Positions 20,653 through 30,663 of a stretch of DNA of 64,000 nt are shown piece after piece. A program made the position numbers and the translations under genes. This DNA comes from Candidatus Poribacteria bacterium (GTDB taxonomy: Bacteria; Poribacteria; WGA-4E; PCPOR2b), in NCBI GenBank assembly GCA_965198175.1, contig OZ240245.1, positions 1,760,001 through 1,824,000 on the forward strand, written 5' to 3'. Position 1 is the first letter of the stretch. Each line of letters starts with the position of its first letter. The notes beneath the pieces are model-generated. The model did not search any database and had not been told where the DNA came from. It saw nothing but the letters and a program-made list of their open reading frames with translations.

Positions 20653-21411
20653 TTAGTGCATCTCATATACCTCGGCTTTGGTCCTCCCGCGCCGAAACGA
20701 AAAGAGTTTTTGCATCTCCGGCGGCATACGTTCGTATGTCTCAGGCCACATTGGTTCAATGTGGGTATTGGCGTAATGATTGAACCATCGGGCGTGATAC
20801 GCGATATTCAGCCCAACACGGATCTGATCTCCGGTGTTGGGTGTAGCAGTATGGAGTGTGCCGCCGTGCCACAGAAGAACCGAACCCGGTTGACCGGTAG
20901 CAACTTTGACTAGCGGACTCTCAAAGGGGATTTCCGTCGGCTGAAACTTGAAACGACATTTGTGGCTCATCGGTACAACCGCGGTGGCACCATTGTTCTC
21001 CGTGAATTCGGTGAGCATCCACATGGTGTTAATTAGCCACGGAACGTTGGGTACCTTGTGAAAGAAATTGGCTTCATCAACGTGCAGACCATATCCGAGC
21101 GACCCAGGCCATATCGGCTTCGCACATACCTCGGTGACCCGGCAATCCGAACCGAGGAAGTGGTGTGCGACTGCAAGCACGTCCGGATGGGTCATAAATT
21201 GCCAGACCCGATCGTCCAAGTTGTACATACCCGATATCGTTGTGCTCTCATGAGGGGGGCCAGAGTTGTAGGCTTGGTATTGCGGGTCGTCCTGCATCTC
21301 CAGACAACATTCGGCAATCTCAGCCACAAGATCTACGGGCATTCGATCCGCGAGTATACAATAGCCATAGGTATCCAAGTGGTGAATTGCCGATTCGATT
21401 TCATTTGTCAT
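20653..21411 (-). CDS. Phytanoyl-CoA dioxygenase (PhyH) family protein
   Basis: GYCIL, LHVD, NGAT.VVP.SH, GSVLLWHGGTLH...N...R. Confidence 0.9.
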   Translation of the reverse strand: MTNEIESAIHHLDTYGYCILADRMPVDLVAEIAECCLEMQDDPQYQAYNSGPPHESTTISGMYNLDDRVWQFMTHPDVLAVAHHFLGSDCRVTEVCAKPIWPGSLGYGLHVDEANFFHKVPNVPWLINTMWMLTEFTENNGATAVVPMSHKCRFKFQPTEIPFESPLVKVATGQPGSVLLWHGGTLHTATPNTGDQIRVGLNIAYHARWFNHYANTHIEPMWPETYERMPPEMQKLFSFRRGRTKAEVYEMH

Positions 21412-21627
21412 CGTAAGTACTCTCTATCATCTATTCTTCGATCTGCTTGCTGATCAAGACGTGGCGTCCGCTTCCTCACTTTCCCTTGACGATTTCAGGG
21501 ACGGGTCGTATAATTTGCTCCACGATGTGACTTAAATTTTATCAGATCTTGGAAGCCGATTCAATCGAAAAATTCTCAGTAAGAATTTTAGGCGAGTGTT
21601 CTTTCTCGATATACAGGAACACAGAAC

Positions 21628-23019
21628 ATGACTGACGCACAAATCAAAAAGAGAGAAATCGAATCCGCTTTGGCGAAAATTCGCACCGGCGACTACATTT
21701 ACCGTGGCGAACCTGAACATTGTGAAGAAAAACCATATTTCGGAAAAGTCTCCTCGACGCTCTACCGCGGTGGTCCGGAAGCATTCGATTCAGGACGATT
21801 CAATCTAATGCGTACCCAAGAAGAAACCGTGAGAGAGGCCAGAAATTACATCCACAAATACGAAAAAATTGACTTTGAAATCTTAACTGAACTTCAACAT
21901 TTCGGAAAGAAAACCAACCTGATAGATTTTACCACGGACTACCACATAGCCCTCTTTTTTGCCTGCGATTGCTCACATGACAAAGGTGCCAGGGTTATCT
22001 TGCTAAAAAAAACCGAAGAGATAAACGAGAAATACCAAATCGAAAACCCAGAAAGTCCACAAAACCGCGTGATGGCTCAGAAGAGTATTTTTGCTCAACC
22101 GCCCAACGGCTTCATTGATTCCAGGGATATAACCATTATTTCTGTTCCCGCGAACTTTAAACAGTGGATACTAATCCATCTGCGGAAATTTCAAGACATA
22201 TCTACCCAAAGTATATACAACGACCTACACGGATTTATTAGACATAGCAATTTGCGTTCGTCAGAGAAAGCCCTTTTCCCTATTGTTTTTGCAGATATGA
22301 TAGTTAAAGATATGGCGGATGCAAGTCTTGAAGAACGAAACGATCAGTTTCAAAAGGCAATTGACTATTATACTGAAAGAATTCAATATGCTCCGTATGA
22401 CGCCGCAAACTATGTGAAACAGGGTCAGTGGTATGCCGAGATTGCCGAGATTGATCGCGCCATTGAGACTTTTAGCAAAGCCATATTCCTGAAACCCGAT
22501 TATGCCATTGCCTATAACAATCGCGGCGAGGCTTATCGCAAAAAAGATGATTATGACCGTGCAATCGAAGACTTTAACGAGGCAATAAAACTGAAACCCG
22601 ATTATGCCTACGCCTATTACAAACGCGGTTGGGCTTACGGCAACAAAGGTGAGAACGACTCTGCTATCAAAGACTTTACCAAACTAATAGAACTAAATCG
22701 GTGTAATCCTGAACCCTATTTTTATGGCTGCATGGTTTACCATTCCAAAGGGGAGTATGACCTCGCCATCGAAGACTACACCAAAACGATAGAACTCAAA
22801 CCCGATTTTGTTGATGCTTATCACACTCGCGGTTTGGTGTGGTTGCCCTTGGGAAAATGGGAAAGAGCCAAAACAGACCTGACGATTACCAAGGAGAAGG
22901 GAATAGATATTATCGCTTTATATCGGAACTTTTATCCAAGCGTTGAGAACTTCGAGCAGAAACATGGTATTCAACTACCGGCAGACATCGCCGCAATGTT
23001 GACGCCCCTACAGGCATGA
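21628..23019 (+). CDS. FRG domain-TPR repeat fusion protein
   Basis: YIYRGE, LQHFGKKTNLIDFTTD..IALFFAC, NRVMAQKSIF (FRG), then about six 34-aa TPRs and a C-terminal cap LPADIAAML. Confidence 0.85.
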   Translation: MTDAQIKKREIESALAKIRTGDYIYRGEPEHCEEKPYFGKVSSTLYRGGPEAFDSGRFNLMRTQEETVREARNYIHKYEKIDFEILTELQHFGKKTNLIDFTTDYHIALFFACDCSHDKGARVILLKKTEEINEKYQIENPESPQNRVMAQKSIFAQPPNGFIDSRDITIISVPANFKQWILIHLRKFQDISTQSIYNDLHGFIRHSNLRSSEKALFPIVFADMIVKDMADASLEERNDQFQKAIDYYTERIQYAPYDAANYVKQGQWYAEIAEIDRAIETFSKAIFLKPDYAIAYNNRGEAYRKKDDYDRAIEDFNEAIKLKPDYAYAYYKRGWAYGNKGENDSAIKDFTKLIELNRCNPEPYFYGCMVYHSKGEYDLAIEDYTKTIELKPDFVDAYHTRGLVWLPLGKWERAKTDLTITKEKGIDIIALYRNFYPSVENFEQKHGIQLPADIAAMLTPLQA

Positions 23020-23116
23020 ATGTTGACAAACTGACATGTCCGCTTGACGATGAGAACCGGACGGACATCAAGGCGCCGTTGTAAGTGAATACGGTGTTGT
23101 GATTGGAGAGTGAAAG

Positions 23117-23686
23117 ATGGCATGGATTCGCACCGTAGATGAGGCAGATGCGACTGGTATCGTAAAAGAGGAATACGACGCGGCAATTGCGCGAGCGGGA
23201 CAAGTTTACAATGTCGTCAAACTTTTCAGTGCGCGACCGAAAAGTATGCGCGCTTTTATTGAACTCTACAAAGTCGTGATGCACGACGAAGAGTCCCCAC
23301 TTAGTCGGATGCAACGCGAAATGATTGCCACCGTTGTATCGAAAGTGAACGAATGCCACTACTGAGTGATAGCGCACGCGGACGAGTTGCGGGAACAACT
23401 CACAGACAGACAGATTGCCCAGATCGTGTCGGATTTTCAGACAGCTGATATTGACGAAGCCACAAAAGCAATCCTTGAATTTGCCGTTAAGGTAACAAAA
23501 GCAGCACCTACTGTTACACCAGCAGACTTAGAGCACCTCCGCGGTTATGGACTTACCGACGAGGTACTCTTCGCGATTGTGGAGGTCGTCGGTTTTTTCA
23601 ACTATGTCAATCGGATAGCGGACGCGTTCGGAATTAAATTAGACGATTTTCTGGAAGTGAGAGATTTTAATGAACCTAACGAATAA
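23117..23686 (+). CDS. AhpD/carboxymuconolactone decarboxylase-family peroxidase-like selenoprotein (CHYU), 189 aa by UGA readthrough
   Basis: ORFs 23117-23365 and 23366-23686 are contiguous and in frame across TGA 23363-23365. REMIATVVSKVNECHY-U-VIAH matches the AhpD E...VS..N.CxxC..H motif. C-terminal FNYVNRIADAFG. Confidence 0.92.
23384..23401 (+). promoter_or_regulatory. Bacterial SECIS-like hairpin
   Basis: Perfect stem GAGTTG/CAACTC with loop CGGGAA. The loop starts 24 nt after the UGA and has G at position 2. Confidence 0.75.
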
Positions 23687-23779
23687 AATTGCGGTTGTGA
23701 CAGGACAGGGCAAGGTATCGGTAAAGCGATTGCGATCAGACTTGCGAATGCAGGTGCAAAAGAAATTGTCGCAATGTGA
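23670..23779 (+). pseudogene. Remnant of a short-chain dehydrogenase/reductase (N-terminus only)
   Basis: MNLTNKIAVVTG, then after a 1-nt frameshift GQGIGKAIAIRLANAGAKEIVAM*: an SDR TGxxxGIG Rossmann motif, truncated. Confidence 0.7.
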
Positions 23780-23926
23780 GTGCGATTTCCGTTTTTACGA
23801 AACGAACCCAAACCAATCTGTGATAAGATAAGAAAGGATGCCTGCAAAAAATCCTGATAATCCTAAAATCCAGTGAATTCCGATCCAGACAACGCATATC
23901 GGGGCATAAAATGGAAAAATCAGCGC

Positions 23927-24703
23927 ATGAACGGGCAAATTGAAATATGTAGCTTAGCAGACTACATCATCCAAATTGACACGAAAACTTGCCCCGAAAA
24001 GAGTTATCTCTATCGAGGGCAGGAAAATGAAGACTGGCAAGTGAACAGCAGCGCATATCGTCGCTTAAAAGAACAATATGATGGTCCCTCTGATGTGTTA
24101 CGTCGTCTGTGGCGGGTCTATCTTTAACAAAGCATCAATGAGATTCAACTAAGGTATCCATCTACATACAGGGGCCTGTTCCCGTTAGAGTGTATGGCAC
24201 GTCTGCAACATAACAGAGTGGCGACAGGACTGATTGATTTTACATACAGTCCCTTGGTCGCCCTTTGGGTTGCCTGCACCAATAAGGACAATAAGGATAA
24301 AAGAGGCAAAGTGTTTCTGTTAGAAAATGTAAGTGAGAAAATTAAAGAAATAAACACATTTGAAGCGCTGCAGCAAGATCTAGAGACGTATTTCGGAGAG
24401 GATCGAGAGCAGTGGTATCTTTGGTCGCCTACATTGAACAGTCGAACGGTGGACACTGAACGCATGACCATGCAGCAATCCGTATTCCTATTTGGCTTAC
24501 CCGAAATGGATGGAGAGATGGTTGCTCAAGAAATCGTCATTCCCGCTGAACACAAAGAAAATCTGAGATTGGAATTGGCAAAAATGGGAATCTCGGAAGA
24601 AACGCTATTTTCCGATCTGCTCGGTTTCTTTGAGAGAAACACTCAAGAACAACCTTATGACCTAGGACTTGTCACATTCAACGATGGAGAAACCCTGCCG
24701 TGA
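23927..24703 (+). pseudogene. FRG domain protein interrupted by an in-frame TAA (24125-24127)
   Basis: YLYRGQENEDW...SSAYRRL upstream and LQHNRVATGLIDFTYSPLVALWVAC...RMTMQQSVF downstream lie in the same frame, separated by one TAA. Confidence 0.8.
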
Positions 24704-25920
24704 AAAATAGCTCAACAGCCGAAGATAAGCGCTACTACAACTATTTTCAACGGGGCAATGTTAAATTGGTCACAAAGGAATACGATGGAGCCATTGAAGA
24801 CTACGACAAGGCGATTGAACTTAAACCGGACTACGCGCCCATCTACAACTTTCGCGGCTACGCTTACCGGGAAAAGGGTGAGCACGACTGTGCCATCGCA
24901 GACTTGAACAGAGCGATACAACTCAAAAACCATTATGTCGACGCCTATATCAATCGTGGGGTTGCTTACGGGGTTAAAGGCGAGTTTGACCTTGCCATCG
25001 CAGATATGAACACAGCCATACAACTCAAACCAAACCTCGCCTCAGCCTATTACAATCGTGGAGAGGCTTACTATAAAAAAAGCGAAATTGACCGCGCAAT
25101 CGAAGACTGTACCAAAGCAATACAACTCAAAAACGATTATGCCGATCCGTATAACAATCGTGGTAATGCTTACCGAGATAAAGGTAAGGTTGACCGCGCC
25201 ATAGTGGACTATAACAAAGCCATAGAACTCAAACCAAACCTTGCCGCATCCTATAATAATCGGGGTTTTGCTTACGGGGGTAAAGGCGAGTTTGACCTTG
25301 CCATCGGAGACTATACCAAAGCCATAGAACTCAAAGACGATTATGCAGGTGCCTATAACAATCGTGGCATTTCCCACTACAACATAGCTAATTTTGACCG
25401 GGCTATTGAAGACTGTGACAAAGCGATTCAACTCAAACCGAATCTTGCCGAAGCTTACATCAATCGGGGGGTAGGTTACGGCAAAAAGGATGAGTATAAC
25501 CGTGCCATTGAAGACTATGACACGGCAATAAGACTCAAGCCCACGCTTGCTGAAACCTACAACAATCGGGGGATAGCTTTCTACAAACAAGGCGATTATA
25601 CTTGTGCCATCAATGACTATAACAAGGCAATAAGACTCAAACGTGATTACGCTGAGGCCTATTACAATCGCGGTGAGACGTGGTTACCCTTAGAGGAATG
25701 GGAAAGTGCTAAATTAGACCTGACTGTTGCCAAGGCGATGGGGGTAAATATCATCGATGCATTTCGCAACGACTATGCAAGCGTTTCGGACTTCGAGGAG
25801 AAACATTGTGTGAAGCTGCCGGAAGACATCGCCGCAATGCTGAACCCTAGTGAGCATGAATGTGAGGAACTGACAAATCCTCGCCCGCATCAACCGAGAC
25901 GCGGACATTATCAGCCTTGA
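24700..25920 (+). CDS. TPR-repeat protein (about 9-10 tandem 34-aa TPRs) with conserved C-terminal cap
   Basis: Repeats of AYxNRG...AIxDYxKAIxLKP; cap LPEDIAAML shared with 21628-23019; GTGA overlap with the FRG gene. Confidence 0.9.
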   Translation: MKNSSTAEDKRYYNYFQRGNVKLVTKEYDGAIEDYDKAIELKPDYAPIYNFRGYAYREKGEHDCAIADLNRAIQLKNHYVDAYINRGVAYGVKGEFDLAIADMNTAIQLKPNLASAYYNRGEAYYKKSEIDRAIEDCTKAIQLKNDYADPYNNRGNAYRDKGKVDRAIVDYNKAIELKPNLAASYNNRGFAYGGKGEFDLAIGDYTKAIELKDDYAGAYNNRGISHYNIANFDRAIEDCDKAIQLKPNLAEAYINRGVGYGKKDEYNRAIEDYDTAIRLKPTLAETYNNRGIAFYKQGDYTCAINDYNKAIRLKRDYAEAYYNRGETWLPLEEWESAKLDLTVAKAMGVNIIDAFRNDYASVSDFEEKHCVKLPEDIAAMLNPSEHECEELTNPRPHQPRRGHYQP

Positions 25921-26086
25921 AAATGGGATTGAAGATCTGGTATACTTGTTATGGTGACTTACTCCGATGGGGATCGCCATCGCGGAGGAATAAAGGCGAT
26001 TAACCAAATTGGAGAAGCTGCCTCAATGGAAGCATTTGAATTTGGGAAAATGATTGTAGGTTGACAATCAGAGAGAAGGATCGTTA

Positions 26087-28738
26087 ATGACATCCAATGA
26101 GATTCGATTGAGCTTTTTGGATTATTTCCGGGAGCGTGGTCATACCATTGTTCCCAGCGCACCGGTGGTGCCTGCAGATGATCCGACTCTAATGTTTACA
26201 AACGCTGGTATGAACCAGTTTAAGGACGTGTTTTTGGGTGTTGGTCAACGCGAATATAAGCGTGCGGCTGACACTCAGAAGTGCATTCGCGTCAGCGGCA
26301 AACATAACGATTTAGAAGAGGTCGGTTACTCTAAGCGGCACCATACCTTTTTTGAAATGCTGGGTAACTGGTCATTTGGGGACTACTACAAACGCGAAGC
26401 TATCACGTTCGCTTGGGAGTTGGTTACGGAAATCTGGAAAATTCCGAAAGATCGATTGTGGGCGACCGTTCATTTGGATGACGATGAATCCGAAAAACTG
26501 TGGACGGAAGTAACCGATGTGCCCGTGGGACAGGTGCTCCGATTCGATAAGGACAACTTCTGGGAAATGGGGGATACCGGTCCGTGTGGCCCCAATTCAG
26601 AAGTTCACATAGATCTCGGACCTGAGGCATGTCCAACCCTGGATACGCTACACGAGTGCAGTGTAAATAACTGCGATCGGTACCGTGAACTCTGGAATCT
26701 CGTGTTCATACAGTACAACCGCGACGCGGAGGGAAAACTGTATCCGCTACCAGAAAAACACGTTGATACCGGTATGGGTTTTGAACGCGCAGTTGCAATC
26801 TTGCAGGGCGCCGATTCAAACTACAAAACTGATGTGTTCATTCCCTTGATTGATGCCATTTGCAATATCACGAATCGTGCCTATTCGGAGGATATCCTTG
26901 GTGTTCCCCACCGCGTCATTGCCGATCACGTGCGGTGCCTGACGTTTTCGATCGGCGATGGTGTGATGCCCTCTAACGAGGGTCGCGGCTATGTGATTCG
27001 ACGAATTTTGCGCCGAGCGGTCCTTTATGGAAAACGGTTAGGGATGGACGCCCCTTTCATTTATCGACTCGTGGATAACGTCATCGAATCACTCGGCTCT
27101 GTCTACCCAGATATCGCCCCACGTCGGGAGTTTGTGAAGCAGATTATTCAGGGCGAAGAAGGGCGATTCCATCAAACCCTTGATCGGGGGCTGGAGATTC
27201 TGGGAAAATCACTTGATGAACTGGAAGCGCAGCAACGTTCTGTCGTTCCCGGTGAAAGCGCGTTTGAACTCTACGATACGTTTGGATTTCCGCTGGATCT
27301 CACCGAGATTTTGGCGCGTGAACGTGGATTGTCAGTCGATGAGAAAGGCTTTGTCGAGGGCATGTCTACGCAGCGAGAGCGCAGTCGTGCCGCTTGGAAA
27401 GCCACTGGTGGCAGTGGGAAGGACGATGAGATTTATTTAGACATTCTCAAGGAATATAAGAAAACCGAATTTTTGGGGTATGATGCGGGGGTTGCAGAGG
27501 CAGAGGTCATCGCTTTGATTCGAGGTGATGAGCTGGTATCGGGAATCTACGAGGGTGATGAAGTTTCCGCCATCCTCGACCGCACGCCGTTTTATGGCGA
27601 ATCGGGCGGTCAAGTCGGTGACATCGGAACAATCGAGAGCGAAAGTGCTAAGCTTGAGGTCGTCGATACTTTCAAGCCGAACCCCGATTTGATTGTTCAC
27701 AAGTGCAGGGTTATCGAAGGAGAGATTGCTCCGCAGACGCCTGTCACATTGCAGATTGATGCGGAGCGACGGGGGCATATTGCTGCGAGCCATACCGCAA
27801 CGCACGTGCTTCACAGCGCTTTGCGTAGGGTACTCGGAATACACGTCAGTCAAGCGGGATCGCTTGTTGAGCCGGGGCGATTGCGCTTCGACTTCGTGCA
27901 CTTTCAGGCTGTCACAGACGATCAACTCCACGAGATTGAAGGTTTCATTAACGATTGCGTTCGTTTGAATGACAAGGTTGAAATCGACTCTATGTCCTTG
28001 CAAGCAGCCAAGGATAAGGGAGCACTTGCGTTCTTCGGCGATAAATACGGTGACGTTGTGCGTATGGTCGAGATTGGCGACTACAGCATGGAGTTATGCG
28101 GCGGCACACATACTCACGCGACCGGGGAAATTGGTCTCGTCAAGATTATGAGCGAAAGCAGCATCGCCGCCGGTACTCGCAGAATTGAAGCCGTAACGGG
28201 AAGGGCAGCCTATCAACATATCTGCTCCGAAGATGATATGCTTTCTTCCATCGGAAGCATACTCAAAACCCAAAAGAATCGTACGCCGGAACAGGTGGAA
28301 AGATTGGTTCAAGCCAATCGAGAACTTGAGCAGCAGATCAAAGAACTACAGGCAAAACTCGCAAAATCCCGGGTCTTTGATCTTGCGAATCGAGCCGTTG
28401 TCGTGGACGGTTTCCGTGTCGTGGCTTCCGTTGTGGACCATACAGATCGGGATGGGCTACGCCGACTCGTCGATGAACTGAAAAATCGCATCGAATCCGG
28501 CGTTGTCGTACTCGCTTCGGCAACTGGGAACGAAGTCGCATTCATTGCTGGCGTTACTCCTGATCTCGTGGAACATCGCGGCTTGCAAGCCGGTAAAATT
28601 ATTCAAGCGGTCACCCGTGTTGCTGAAGGGCGCGGCGGCGGGCGCCCCGAACTTGCTCAGGGAGGCAGCAAGGATCCGAGCAAGATGAAATGCGCGATAG
28701 ATGCCGTCGTGAAAATTGTTGCCAATCAGGTGGATTGA
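26087..28738 (+). CDS. alaS: Alanine--tRNA ligase
   Basis: FTNAGMNQFK, HHTFFEMLGNWSFGDYYK, HTATH, ELCGGTH, GRGGG. Confidence 0.98.
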   Translation: MTSNEIRLSFLDYFRERGHTIVPSAPVVPADDPTLMFTNAGMNQFKDVFLGVGQREYKRAADTQKCIRVSGKHNDLEEVGYSKRHHTFFEMLGNWSFGDYYKREAITFAWELVTEIWKIPKDRLWATVHLDDDESEKLWTEVTDVPVGQVLRFDKDNFWEMGDTGPCGPNSEVHIDLGPEACPTLDTLHECSVNNCDRYRELWNLVFIQYNRDAEGKLYPLPEKHVDTGMGFERAVAILQGADSNYKTDVFIPLIDAICNITNRAYSEDILGVPHRVIADHVRCLTFSIGDGVMPSNEGRGYVIRRILRRAVLYGKRLGMDAPFIYRLVDNVIESLGSVYPDIAPRREFVKQIIQGEEGRFHQTLDRGLEILGKSLDELEAQQRSVVPGESAFELYDTFGFPLDLTEILARERGLSVDEKGFVEGMSTQRERSRAAWKATGGSGKDDEIYLDILKEYKKTEFLGYDAGVAEAEVIALIRGDELVSGIYEGDEVSAILDRTPFYGESGGQVGDIGTIESESAKLEVVDTFKPNPDLIVHKCRVIEGEIAPQTPVTLQIDAERRGHIAASHTATHVLHSALRRVLGIHVSQAGSLVEPGRLRFDFVHFQAVTDDQLHEIEGFINDCVRLNDKVEIDSMSLQAAKDKGALAFFGDKYGDVVRMVEIGDYSMELCGGTHTHATGEIGLVKIMSESSIAAGTRRIEAVTGRAAYQHICSEDDMLSSIGSILKTQKNRTPEQVERLVQANRELEQQIKELQAKLAKSRVFDLANRAVVVDGFRVVASVVDHTDRDGLRRLVDELKNRIESGVVVLASATGNEVAFIAGVTPDLVEHRGLQAGKIIQAVTRVAEGRGGGRPELAQGGSKDPSKMKCAIDAVVKIVANQVD

Positions 28739-28796
28739 AGAGTTTAGCGCCAGCCTGACATATAGGGCAATCCGTTGATGTAGAAAGGAATAAAAT

Positions 28797-29300
28797 ATGG
28801 AATGGGCTTCGATAGTTTGGAAACTCAGTCTTGCCGTTTTCCTGATCGTACTCAGTGGCGCAGTTGTATATCTGGTTGTACGCTTAGGTAGCGTGCTTGG
28901 AGACCTTGGCGCCACCTTCAAATCAGTAGAAGCAATTGTGGACAAAGAGATGAACAGCTTGCTGAAGGACGTCGATCAAACCGTCAAGGAACTGAATAGC
29001 GAGCTGCCAGAACTGCTTAAAAATATCAGTGCGATTACAGCATCCATCCAGCAGATTAGCGAATCTGAAGTCCAACCGATAACGCATAACATTCATGAAA
29101 TGACTGATGTTGTGGGTCAGAGTGTTGCCAAGCTGGATGAGTTGGTGAACTTGCTCGGCGATTTTTCCCAAAACACGGTCAAACATGCCGAGTACTATCG
29201 CGATCAACTCGCTGTTCCTATCACAGACATCATTAGTCTGTGGAGCGGAATTAAAACTGGTTGGGAGGTATTTAGTCAATCGCGGAAACCAGATGAATAG
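28797..29300 (+). CDS. DUF948/YoxC-like membrane-anchored coiled-coil protein
   Basis: N-terminal TM then helical heptads; upstream of a YtxH-like gene. Confidence 0.6.
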   Translation: MEWASIVWKLSLAVFLIVLSGAVVYLVVRLGSVLGDLGATFKSVEAIVDKEMNSLLKDVDQTVKELNSELPELLKNISAITASIQQISESEVQPITHNIHEMTDVVGQSVAKLDELVNLLGDFSQNTVKHAEYYRDQLAVPITDIISLWSGIKTGWEVFSQSRKPDE

Positions 29301-29359
29301 GATGGTTCTAAATAGCGCAAGGAGGAAACATCAAGCTTTGGAGAAAGGAGGTTATCAAG

Positions 29360-29722
29360 GTGAACAATGAAAAACAAGGAGGCGGACTTGGGCTCGTAGT
29401 TGCTTTTTTCATGGGTGGTTTAGTTGGTGCTGTCCTCAGTTTACTGTTTGCCCCATTTGCGGGCAGAGAAACGCGAGAAAGGATTCGTGAAGTTTCTACG
29501 GGCGCTAAAGAGTTGACTGTTGATGCGGTTCACACCGCGAAGGGCAGAGCGACTGAACTTGTCAATCAAGGTAAAGAGCGAATCAATGAAACAAAAGGCG
29601 GTATGAAAGCAGCGGTTGAAGCGGGCCAAAAAGCCTTCGTCCAAAAGAAGGTTGAGTTGACAGATGAGGCTGTTCATGAGGACGAGGATTCGAGTGAAAC
29701 CGATGGAGAAACCGCGAGTTAA
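29360..29722 (+). CDS. YtxH domain protein
   Basis: FFMGGLVGAVLSLLFAP.AGRETRERI signature; RBS AAGGAGG. Confidence 0.85.
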   Translation: MNNEKQGGGLGLVVAFFMGGLVGAVLSLLFAPFAGRETRERIREVSTGAKELTVDAVHTAKGRATELVNQGKERINETKGGMKAAVEAGQKAFVQKKVELTDEAVHEDEDSSETDGETAS

Positions 29723-29832
29723 AATTTCTCGGCTTATGTTCAGGCAAAGTGTGAATTCCCATTCGCCCCTGACTTTTATTCGCACGCATTGTTGACCTAA
29801 GCCAATTTCTAGCGCATATCGACGAAAGCGGA

Positions 29833-29868
29833 AGCCACAGGTCGTATTTCCACCTGTGGCTACTTTTT
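29833..29868 (+). terminator. Intrinsic terminator-like hairpin
   Basis: Perfect 10-bp stem AGCCACAGGT/ACCTGTGGCT followed by ACTTTTT. Confidence 0.6.
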
Positions 29869-29895
29869 AATCACGAATTTCGTATTACGGTTCGT

Positions 29896-30663
29896 ATGAA
29901 TCTTGATAAACTAAAAACGCTCCTTGAAAGTGTTCAGCACGGTGAAATTGACGTTGATGCGGCAATCCAATCACTACGCTATCTGCCGTTTGAAGACATA
30001 CATTTTTCTAAAGTCGATCACCACCGTCAGCTGCGGAAAGGCTTTCCAGAGGTTATCTTCTGCGAGGGGAAAACCGTTAATCAGGTGACAGAAATTAGCA
30101 AGCGGATTCTGGCAGCAGGTCACCTCCTATTTGCGACTCGCGCCACACGAAAAATTTACGAAGCGGTGGTTACCCTTGACGCATCTGCGCGCTTTAACGA
30201 ACTCGGACGAACGATTAGCGTTAGTCAACCATCTGACGAATTGCATGATGGAATCTTGGTGATATCGGCGGGCACATCGGATATTCCTGTTGCTGAAGAG
30301 GCTGTGGAAACCGCCCAGATTATGGGGAACCGCGTTGAACTTCTGTATGATGTCGGCGTCGCGGGATTACACCGTCTGCTCAGTAACCACGAAAAGCTGG
30401 TCAATGCATGCGTGATTATTGTTGTAGCGGGGATGGAAGGGGCACTTCCGAGTGTTGTCGGTGGATTGGTGGATAAACCTGTGATTGCCGTTCCAACAAG
30501 CGTCGGGTATGGCGCCAGTTTTGGAGGTATGGCTGCGATGTTGGGTATGCTGAATAGCTGTGCTGCTGGCGTAACCGTCGTCAATATTGATAACGGGTTT
30601 GGTGCAGGCTATAGCGCGGCGTTGATTAACCAACCGTACAACCCTGCTACAAAAAATCCATGA
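29896..30663 (+). CDS. larB: Nickel pincer cofactor biosynthesis protein LarB (PurE-like)
   Basis: DHHRQLRKGFPEVIFCEGK, SAGTSDIPVAEEA, AGMEGALPSV, PTSVGYG, MLNSC, VVNIDNGFGA. Confidence 0.93.
   Translation: MNLDKLKTLLESVQHGEIDVDAAIQSLRYLPFEDIHFSKVDHHRQLRKGFPEVIFCEGKTVNQVTEISKRILAAGHLLFATRATRKIYEAVVTLDASARFNELGRTISVSQPSDELHDGILVISAGTSDIPVAEEAVETAQIMGNRVELLYDVGVAGLHRLLSNHEKLVNACVIIVVAGMEGALPSVVGGLVDKPVIAVPTSVGYGASFGGMAAMLGMLNSCAAGVTVVNIDNGFGAGYSAALINQPYNPATKNP

Noticed and set aside
24700..25920. TPR repeats as a diversity-generating retroelement target
   Set aside because: No reverse transcriptase or template repeat in the window, and differences are not evidently adenine-specific.
25947..26086. 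T-box leader upstream of alaS
   Set aside because: No T-box antiterminator consensus or terminator seen, and the leader is short.
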